This document shows positions 1 through 7,125 of a DNA stretch of 64,000 bases, piece by piece (position 1 is the first letter of the stretch; each line of letters opens with the position of its first letter). The DNA comes from an uncultured Candidatus Saccharibacteria bacterium (GTDB lineage Bacteria > Patescibacteriota > Minisyncoccia > Phycocordibacterales > UBA1550). The notes beneath the pieces are model-generated. The model had not been told where the DNA came from. It did no database searches and worked only from the letters and a program-made list of their open reading frames with translations. Position numbers and translations under genes: made by a program. The DNA is taken from positions 50,300 to 114,299 of the forward strand of contig CAZXOE010000002.1 of assembly GCA_964642305.1 (NCBI GenBank). The letters run 5' to 3'.

Positions 1-278
1 TTGCTATGTTGTTTGGGTACCTTAAATATTTTATAGTGCTTCTATTGTTCGCGCTTATTCCAAAACTCATCGCCTATCTAAAAAAGATGCCATTATCGTA
101 TGGAGGCGCGTACAGGATTAGTCTGTACGCGATAGTTCCAGCGCTCGCTTTGAAAACTTTAATAAACATTTTTGGTGTGTTCTTTCTTCCCGCATACTTC
201 ACGCTCCTTGTGTTTATGCTCATTGTTGCGATAAATATGAAGGAGAGAGATGAGCCAACATTGTTTGGAAGCAAATAA
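1..278 (+). CDS. membrane protein, C-terminal fragment (gene begins upstream of window)
   Basis: Hydrophobic ORF 6..278 running in from the window edge. No recognisable catalytic motif. Confidence 0.3.
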   Translation, partial: AMLFGYLKYFIVLLLFALIPKLIAYLKKMPLSYGGAYRISLYAIVPALALKTLINIFGVFFLPAYFTLLVFMLIVAINMKERDEPTLFGSK

Positions 279-897
279 AAATATGGACTACAAAAAAATT
301 GCAGAGGATTCGGTAATTAAAAAAACAGTTGACGCTCTTAAAGCGCGTAACATTTGTGCCGTTGTGGTGAATACAAAAGAAGAAGCGTTGGAAGAAATTA
401 AAAAACTTATCCCACATGGCGCGTCAGTGATGAACGGATCGTCTGCAACACTAGGCGAAATCGGGTTTGTTGAATACCTCAAAGAAGGGAAGCACGGGTG
501 GGACAATGTACACGCGAATATTCTGAATGAAAAGGATCCGACAAAGAAGGCTCGCCTTCGCAAAGAGTCAGTTCTCGCAGACTATTTTTTAGGAAGCGTA
601 CACGCAATCACAGAGGCAGGACAGCTTCTCATTGCATCAGCATCTGGGAGCCAATTGCCGAGCTACGCATTCTCATCAGATAATGTGATATGGGTTGCAA
701 GTGCAAATAAAATTGTCGTCGACCGAGAAGATGGTTTTAAGCGTATCGAAGATTACGTATTTCCGCTTGAGAATAAACACATGCAGAGCGTTGGCTATCC
801 CGGCTCTACAATCGGTCGCGTGCTCGTCTTTGAGCGCGAGATTATGCCAAACCGCCACCTCACGATGATTTTAGTAAAGGAGAAGCTTGGGTTTTAG
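250..897 (+). CDS. LUD-domain protein (LutC/YkgG-like, DUF162)
   Basis: 215-aa ORF whose length and sequence pattern resemble LUD-domain proteins. AAGGAG lies 4 nt upstream of the ATG at 250; an alternative start is the ATG at 283. Confidence 0.5.
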   Translation: MSQHCLEANKNMDYKKIAEDSVIKKTVDALKARNICAVVVNTKEEALEEIKKLIPHGASVMNGSSATLGEIGFVEYLKEGKHGWDNVHANILNEKDPTKKARLRKESVLADYFLGSVHAITEAGQLLIASASGSQLPSYAFSSDNVIWVASANKIVVDREDGFKRIEDYVFPLENKHMQSVGYPGSTIGRVLVFEREIMPNRHLTMILVKEKLGF

Positions 898-898
898 A

Positions 899-935
899 GT
901 AAAAACACCACCGCATAAATGCGATGGTGTTTTAG
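899..935. terminator. hairpin between convergent genes (bidirectional terminator candidate)
   Basis: acaccaccgcat-aaa-tgcgatggtgt stem with an A-run before and a T-run after. Confidence 0.4.
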
Positions 936-936
936 G

Positions 937-1554
937 TTACATACTGAACGCACTAATGAAAAACCAAAGGGCAAACCCAAGCAGAAGCACAGAAGACACC
1001 ATTGAAATATACTGCATGAGTTTAGGAGTAACCCACCTTCGCGCAACAGATGTTAGCGTAGAAAGTATCAGCCACCACGCAAATACTCCAAGCGGAATAC
1101 CAATGCCGTCAAGATATGCTATGAGGGTTGAGTTTTCCTGAGCGTCTTTTACAAGGATGGAGCCTAATATTGTCACCCAATAAATAAGATTGATGGGGTG
1201 CACAAAATTAAGAAGAAAGCCTGCAATGAACGGGTGTATATTGCTCTCTATATTGCCAATCTCTTTTTCCTTTAGTGCACCCTTTATTCCATTGATAGCA
1301 ATGTATGAAACAACTAGCCCTCCAATAACCCAAAGAAGTTTTAAGATCTCTGGGCGATTAAGGAAAAGAAGTATTCCTGCAATGGCGATATTGAGGTAGA
1401 TGAAATCCGCAAAAGTGCCTCCTAGCGAGACAAGAATTGCTTGACGAAACCCACCACGCAAGCCTCTGCGGAAGATCTCGATACTTACTTGCCCAAATTC
1501 AGCAGCAAGAACGAAGCCGAGCGCAAAATTTGTTAAGAATGTAACTGTAACCAT
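937..1554 (-). CDS. LysE/RhtB-family amino-acid exporter
   Basis: 205-aa polytopic membrane protein with six hydrophobic helices and LysE-like topology and length. Confidence 0.55.
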   Translation of the reverse strand: MVTVTFLTNFALGFVLAAEFGQVSIEIFRRGLRGGFRQAILVSLGGTFADFIYLNIAIAGILLFLNRPEILKLLWVIGGLVVSYIAINGIKGALKEKEIGNIESNIHPFIAGFLLNFVHPINLIYWVTILGSILVKDAQENSTLIAYLDGIGIPLGVFAWWLILSTLTSVARRWVTPKLMQYISMVSSVLLLGFALWFFISAFSM

Positions 1555-1607
1555 TTTCGTATTCTCCTATAAAAGAAGACAAATTAAAAGGATGTTCTGT
1601 CCACAGG

Positions 1608-2057
1608 CTACTCTTTTTCTTGTGGTAATGCAAGCATTTTATATACCCTAAGCCCCAACACAAAAAGCGCAGTCGAAACTATCGCCGACAATATACAATA
1701 AATACAAAAAGCTCCGATTTTGAATTTTTGAACATAGATGAAGTAAACAGATGAGAGAAAGCCGAGCGTTGTTGCAATCGGGATAAGTTTTGCGACCAAA
1801 AGATTTTTCGTATCCATATAGAGAAGCACAAGGAAGCCGATACCGAGATAAAATATCACGCCCCATGCTGAAAGTGGAACGCCAAAAAGCACTGAGTGTG
1901 GAGACTTTGAAACTGTGTCGCAACCGCTCGTTATGAAGCAAGGAATCGGCGCGCCGGAAACGCGCTTTGCAAGCAAAAATGCGGAGTCGGTAAAACCAAT
2001 GAGCGCTAGTATCATAATCGCCCAGATAATCAAATTAGATATATTGTTGTTCGTCAT
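1608..2057 (-). CDS. VKOR-family (vitamin K epoxide reductase-like) thiol oxidoreductase
   Basis: Loop cysteine pair CFITSGC, then S..S..FG.P.S.WG, and a C-terminal membrane CIYC (CXXC) active site. It lies adjacent to a DsbA-like gene. Confidence 0.65.
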   Translation of the reverse strand: MTNNNISNLIIWAIMILALIGFTDSAFLLAKRVSGAPIPCFITSGCDTVSKSPHSVLFGVPLSAWGVIFYLGIGFLVLLYMDTKNLLVAKLIPIATTLGFLSSVYFIYVQKFKIGAFCIYCILSAIVSTALFVLGLRVYKMLALPQEKE

Positions 2058-2157
2058 GATTGTGCGTAGAAATTGTAGTGAATTTTTAGTGTTTATGCAT
2101 TTAATTTTTATTTAAAAATTTGAAATTTGAAATTAAAAATTCTTGTGCAAGACCCTC

Positions 2158-2811
2158 CTAGTGCGCAAGCGCATATTCAATAAGTGCTTTTAGTTCTTCT
2201 TTAGAACGAGGGTTGGTAGATTTTTTGCCATTAATGAAGAATGTCGGTGTTTGATTTACTTGGGAAAGTTTGCCACTTTGCAAGTCGCGCTCTACCTTTG
2301 CTTTTACTGTGTCACTTTTTACATCAGCCTTGTATTTAGCAATATCAAGACCAAGTTTCTCCGCGTAGCCCTCGAAAATTATTTGAGCGCTCACACTTTC
2401 CGACCAATCGTTCTGGTTTTTGAAAAGCATATCTGCCATTTCCCAGAACCTACCCTGAGCGCCTGCTGCTTCAGATGCGTATGAAGCAGGAAGCGCGTTT
2501 TTGTGTTGCTGAAGAGGGAAGTGACGGTAAGTAAAAGAGATTTTGTCTTTATACTCGGCAAACATTTCCTCAAGCATTGGATAGTATGAACCACAAGCAG
2601 GACACTGAAAGTCGCTGTACTCCGTGAATGTCATTTTTGGTGCTTTTGAGCCCTTTGTCCAGTCGGTCTCGTCCAAAGGAAGGCTCATTGTGCCGTCTTT
2701 GCGAGGGAGTTCCGCTTTGGGGCCTGTGGCTACTTGATACGCGCCAATTCCTGCAATTGCGACAACTAGCGCCGCCGAAACCCAAATAATAATTCTTTTC
2801 TGTGTATCCAT
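2158..2811 (-). CDS. DsbA-like thioredoxin-fold disulfide oxidoreductase
   Basis: N-terminal TM anchor and a CPAC active-site motif (FQCPACGSY). It is paired with the VKOR homolog, as in the known VKOR-DsbA systems. Confidence 0.7.
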   Translation of the reverse strand: MDTQKRIIIWVSAALVVAIAGIGAYQVATGPKAELPRKDGTMSLPLDETDWTKGSKAPKMTFTEYSDFQCPACGSYYPMLEEMFAEYKDKISFTYRHFPLQQHKNALPASYASEAAGAQGRFWEMADMLFKNQNDWSESVSAQIIFEGYAEKLGLDIAKYKADVKSDTVKAKVERDLQSGKLSQVNQTPTFFINGKKSTNPRSKEELKALIEYALAH

Positions 2812-2839
2812 AATAGGTGTATGGTAGCAGATATTTTGA

Positions 2840-2900
2840 GCCCCGCAAAGTGTAACCTATCCGAGGTCAGGACTTCGGATAGGTTACACTTTGCGGGGCA
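2840..2900. repeat. 62-bp perfect hairpin (25-bp stem) in a divergent promoter region
   Basis: gccccgcaaagtgtaacctatccga / tcggataggttacactttgcggggc with a ~10-nt loop, about 27 bp upstream of the DsbA-like start. Confidence 0.5.
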
Positions 2901-2948
2901 TGCCAGAAGCTCGCGCACAAGCTGGTTTTCGGGTAGAATGATGAAATA

Positions 2949-3073
2949 TGAATCCCGTTAGAGGTCGCACAGTTTTTGTAGAATGGTGAGAAACGACTAT
3001 ACTGATAGGTGATACATTATTAATGAATACTAATTAACTACGGAAATTTTTAATAATTTCCTACCTCTAACGG
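2949..3073 (+). mobile_element. MITE-like mini-element copy 1 (TIR CCCGTTAGAGGT...ACCTCTAACGGG), ORF-less
   Basis: 12-bp terminal inverted repeats at 2954-2965 and 3063-3074. 9-bp direct repeats GATGAAATA at 2940-2948 and 3074-3082. The right end abuts the pgi ATG. The ends are homologous to the copies at 20241 and 40210. Confidence 0.5.
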
Positions 3074-3074
3074 G

Positions 3075-4379
3075 ATGAAATACCAGGGACACATAAAAGA
3101 AGGAGAGCATATCACTGTGGACAATGCTCGCGTGGAGGAGTATGTCGCAAAAATGCGTCTTGCAATGAGCGACAAAGCTTATTCAACCCCAGAAGCATCT
3201 CTGAGGTTGCCCTTTGACGAGGAGCTTCTAAAAAAATCAAAAAACCTCGCAAGCAAACTCGCGGGGCCAAAGCTCACGTATATTTTAGATATTGGCATCG
3301 GGGGGTCAAACCTCGGCGCAAGGGCGCTCTATGAAGCAACCGCTGGAACTATGGACGCACACACGCCATTTGCGCCAAAAATGCTTTTTGCGGACACATG
3401 CTCACCGGAGCTTCTTTCAGATATCACGGAGCTTCTCTTGAATGAAATAGGTGACAAAGAAGAAATTATAATTATTGTCGCAAGTAAGTCTGGCACAACG
3501 ACAGAAACAATCACAAATGCATCTGTGCTTGTCAGCGCGCTTGAACAAAAATTCGGATCACTCACGGATCGCATTGTGTGCATTACGGATGAGAAGTCGC
3601 CACTTTGGATTATGGCGGAAGATCAAAAATTCCATTTGCTTCCAGTTCCAAAAAATGTAGGTGGACGTTTTTCTGTTTTCTCGCCAGCCGGAGTGTTTCC
3701 GCTTCTGTGTGCTGGTATCCCTGGAGATGCGCTTATGCGTGGAGCGCAGTCCGTTATTCACGACGCTATTGAGAGAGGAGTAGAAAGTAATTCTTTTAAA
3801 TTCGCAAAAGATATTATTTCATGGCACGAACAAGGTAGAATCGTGTTTGATTTTTTTGCGTTTCACCCAGAGCTTGAGTCTCTTGGAAAATGGTATCGTC
3901 AACTTTTTGCGGAAAGTACAGGGAAAGAAAAAACAATTGACGGCGCGCCTACAACGCACCGCATGGTGCCAACTGTATCCATAGGTTCCACCGACCTCCA
4001 TTCTGTTGAACAAATGAACCTTGCGCAACAGAATATCTCAGCGCGTTTTCTTGTTCGCGCGCATGCTCCGCACTGGGAGCACCAGTTTTTGGCAGAGGAT
4101 AAAGTGTTTGCCCCACTCGTGCCAGGTGTTTCTAGGCGCGCTCCATGTGAAATTCTTGATGCCATTTATAAAGGGGTCACTGAAACATACAAGGAACGAG
4201 GAGTTTCATATGGTGAGATTTTGCTAACTGATCTTGATCCAGAGTCGCTTGGAGCGCTTATGCAGTTTATGATGTGTACCACGATGCATCTTGCAAAACT
4301 GCTTAATATCAATGCATTTGACCAGCCAAACGTAGAGGCATACAAGGAGGCTACGAGGAGGATTTTGAGCGGGAAATAA
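3075..4379 (+). CDS. pgi: glucose-6-phosphate isomerase
   Basis: DIGIGGSNLG motif (the PGI GIGGS signature). 434 aa, PGI-like throughout. Confidence 0.75.
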   Translation: MKYQGHIKEGEHITVDNARVEEYVAKMRLAMSDKAYSTPEASLRLPFDEELLKKSKNLASKLAGPKLTYILDIGIGGSNLGARALYEATAGTMDAHTPFAPKMLFADTCSPELLSDITELLLNEIGDKEEIIIIVASKSGTTTETITNASVLVSALEQKFGSLTDRIVCITDEKSPLWIMAEDQKFHLLPVPKNVGGRFSVFSPAGVFPLLCAGIPGDALMRGAQSVIHDAIERGVESNSFKFAKDIISWHEQGRIVFDFFAFHPELESLGKWYRQLFAESTGKEKTIDGAPTTHRMVPTVSIGSTDLHSVEQMNLAQQNISARFLVRAHAPHWEHQFLAEDKVFAPLVPGVSRRAPCEILDAIYKGVTETYKERGVSYGEILLTDLDPESLGALMQFMMCTTMHLAKLLNINAFDQPNVEAYKEATRRILSGK

Positions 4380-4437
4380 TATGAAAACATTTGGGACAAT
4401 GGAACACAGGCGTGACAAGAATGCACAAGATTCCTAA

Positions 4438-4472
4438 AACGCACAATCGCTACGCGATTGTGCGTTTTCCTG
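4438..4472 (+). terminator. intrinsic terminator after pgi
   Basis: aacgcacaatcg-ctacg-cgattgtgcgtt followed by a T-run. Confidence 0.6.
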
Positions 4473-4500
4473 TTCCTTTTGCTTGCCAGGATATGGTACA

Positions 4501-4605
4501 CCCCCACACCTACTTTTACCTTGTTATTTTTAGCTCGGAATAGTTCAAATTACCAGATTGTTCAGTATGCTGAAAAAATCACTAGGCAAAAAGTAGGTGT
4601 GGGGG
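4501..4605. repeat. inverted-repeat element (17-bp arms CCCCCACACCTACTTTT, ~70-bp spacer) abutting a TACAAT -10 box
   Basis: Left arm 4501-4517. Right arm 4589-4605 is a perfect reverse complement, immediately followed by TACAAT and then the ATG at 4643. A second copy lies at 34026-34130. Confidence 0.5.
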
Positions 4606-4642
4606 TACAATATACCCATTAGTAACTATTAATATTTTATTT

Positions 4643-5053
4643 ATGAAGCACATTGGAAAATACGCAGGTGTACTCGCAATTCTTGCAATGCCGGCAATCA
4701 CTTTTGCCGAAGGTGGCTTGAATGGCACATTGCAAACATTAATTACCATCGAAGATAACTCAAAGATGTTTGAGATGATTTCGCTCTGGGCGACCCTTAT
4801 TGTTGCTTTTGCGACAAGCATGATGGTGTGGGTTGGTGGGAGACATATGCATGGCGGAGTTTTTGGAAGCGTGCTAACTTTTTTTAGTATCGGTATGACA
4901 CTCATATTTCTCGGGATTGCGACAGAGGTGCCGTGGCTTGAAAACTTTGACCAGCTCTATCTAAAGATGATTCACGACTCACTATATATTATAGGCTACA
5001 TACTTATGGGTGTTGCCGCAAGCAAGCTTCTAAAAGTTATTAAAGGCGAATAA
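4643..5053 (+). CDS. small membrane protein (signal peptide plus 3 TM), unknown function
   Basis: 136-aa ORF with a hydrophobic profile. Confidence 0.4.
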   Translation: MKHIGKYAGVLAILAMPAITFAEGGLNGTLQTLITIEDNSKMFEMISLWATLIVAFATSMMVWVGGRHMHGGVFGSVLTFFSIGMTLIFLGIATEVPWLENFDQLYLKMIHDSLYIIGYILMGVAASKLLKVIKGE

Positions 5054-5067
5054 TTATTACTACTATT

Positions 5068-5337
5068 ATGGAACAAGCAGAACAATATAAAGCAGTGATA
5101 TCGGAGATTATTGCAAAGCAGAGCATTATTCTCGGCCCTGATATGGCTATTGCGCGAGCAAAAAAAGTTTCAGGTATTGAGATAGGAGATAAGGGGGAAG
5201 TGATAAGTGTTAATGGAGATCCTGCAGACGCGCTCAAGCGTCTCATAGACACGTATGTGGAGCTCTCTGGGCAGATTGTAAAAAACGCTCTCGGCCCAAT
5301 TTTTACAAAATATCCAGACATAGAACAGCGTCATTAG
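5068..5337 (+). CDS. hypothetical protein, possibly co-transcribed with the histidine kinase
   Basis: 89-aa ORF with tight spacing to the kinase gene. No recognised motif. Confidence 0.3.
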   Translation: MEQAEQYKAVISEIIAKQSIILGPDMAIARAKKVSGIEIGDKGEVISVNGDPADALKRLIDTYVELSGQIVKNALGPIFTKYPDIEQRH

Positions 5338-5340
5338 AAT

Positions 5341-7095
5341 ATGGTTTCCAAAGAACTTCTCCCTGTCATCGCAGTCCTTATCACCGTCTATATAGTGGTG
5401 GTTGTGTTTTCGTATTGGGGTGTGCACCGTATCAAGCGGGGCATTTACGCAAAAGATGCAGAAATGAAACGCAGACTCTATGAGCTTGCAATATTGAAGG
5501 AAATAGCAGACCGCACAGGTTACTCGCTCAATATTCAAAAAATTCTTGATGTTATTGTGGGTTCGCTTAATCAGTTCTTGGAGTATAGCGCCGTGTCGTA
5601 TATGTTGCTGGAACCTTCAAAAGTTGTCTTTAAAGTTGATCTGGAAAGATCGGTCTCAGCTGTTTTTATACAAGACATACGAGCGCGTATGCTAGGCTCT
5701 CTCTCGGCTTTGTTGGGTCGCGACCTAGCAGATATGGAAGTAGAAGAAACAATCACTGGCGCAATTATGATCGATCTCATTGAGGAACCAGTGCGTTCGT
5801 ACTTCAATATCCCTCTTGTAATTGGAGACCAGCTTGTTGGGGTACTTACAGTTTCCCACACAAAAGCAGGTCTATATAAGGAATCAGAGATGGAAATTCT
5901 TTATAAAATCGTGAACCAAGCGTCGCAAGCGGTCAGCAAGCTTGAGGAAGTGGTGAAAACAGAACAAGGGAAAATTGCCGCCATGCTTGAGAGCATGCTT
6001 GAAGGTGTGATTATGACCGACCGCGACTATCACGTCATTGCAGCGAACCCTGCCTCAAAAGTTGTTATTGGTTACAAAGGCGAAGCAGTCCCTACAATTT
6101 TTGATTTCATGGATGCGTTCAAAGGCGTGCTTGATATAAAAAGTAAGCTTGAAGAGGCGATTAAGCTGGACAAAATATTGACCATAGAGGAAATATTTTT
6201 TGGAAATAAGTATTATCAGGTAGTGGTGTCGCCTGTTAAGTCAAACGCTGGTGTCACAAAGGGCGAAATTTTGGGAGGAGTAGTTATTTTTCATGATGTA
6301 ACGCATGAAAAAGAAGCAGAAAAAATGCGAAGTGACTTCACGTCAATGATGGTGCATGAGCTCCGTTCCCCTCTTGGGAACATTAAAAAAATAGGCGAGA
6401 TGATGCGTTCATCAAAAATTTTGGAAGACAAACAGGCGTCTAGTGAATATGTTTCAATGCTTTACGATAGTTCGTCCTCAATGCTAGACCTTGTGAATGA
6501 CTTGCTTGACGTCGCGAAGCTTGAGTCCGGAAAGTTTTCTGTTGAAAAAAGCTCGGTTGATATAAAGGAGATTATTTCTGAGCGTGTGAAGTTTTTTGAA
6601 ACAAGCGCGCGTGATGCTGGCATAAGCCTAAACCTACTTATTGCAGATGGTGTTCCAAACAGTGTTTCGGTAGACGCGAAAAGGATCACGCAAGTGATTA
6701 ATAATCTTTTTTCAAACGCGCTTATCTACACACCAAAAGGCGGTACTGTAACAGCTGTTTGTTTTTTACATAAAAAAGGTAAGACTATTTCTGACGAGGC
6801 GCAGTCTGTGTCCGCCCCGTGGGTCTCAGACAGTATGTTTGGAGACACGGCTATTATTCAAGACAGCGTTGTAGTCGCCGTGACAGATACAGGAGAAGGT
6901 ATTACGCCTGAAAACATAGAGAAGCTTTTTAACAAGTTCACGCAGTTTGCGTCAAGCGCGCGCGACTCAGAGCACAAGGGGACAGGTCTAGGGCTTGTAA
7001 TAGTAAAAGGTATTGTGGAGGCGCACGGTGGTGTGGTTGGGGTTGGATCAAAACAAAAGACAGGAAGCACGTTCTACTTCACTCTTCCTCTTTAG
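5341..7095 (+). CDS. sensor histidine kinase (N-terminal TM, GAF/PAS-like, HisKA, HATPase_c)
   Basis: H-box HELRSPL and ATPase G-boxes (DTGEGI, GTGLGL). Confidence 0.8.
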   Translation: MVSKELLPVIAVLITVYIVVVVFSYWGVHRIKRGIYAKDAEMKRRLYELAILKEIADRTGYSLNIQKILDVIVGSLNQFLEYSAVSYMLLEPSKVVFKVDLERSVSAVFIQDIRARMLGSLSALLGRDLADMEVEETITGAIMIDLIEEPVRSYFNIPLVIGDQLVGVLTVSHTKAGLYKESEMEILYKIVNQASQAVSKLEEVVKTEQGKIAAMLESMLEGVIMTDRDYHVIAANPASKVVIGYKGEAVPTIFDFMDAFKGVLDIKSKLEEAIKLDKILTIEEIFFGNKYYQVVVSPVKSNAGVTKGEILGGVVIFHDVTHEKEAEKMRSDFTSMMVHELRSPLGNIKKIGEMMRSSKILEDKQASSEYVSMLYDSSSSMLDLVNDLLDVAKLESGKFSVEKSSVDIKEIISERVKFFETSARDAGISLNLLIADGVPNSVSVDAKRITQVINNLFSNALIYTPKGGTVTAVCFLHKKGKTISDEAQSVSAPWVSDSMFGDTAIIQDSVVVAVTDTGEGITPENIEKLFNKFTQFASSARDSEHKGTGLGLVIVKGIVEAHGGVVGVGSKQKTGSTFYFTLPL

Positions 7096-7125
7096 TTCTC
7101 AGCCCTAGCGGTATATAATATACCT

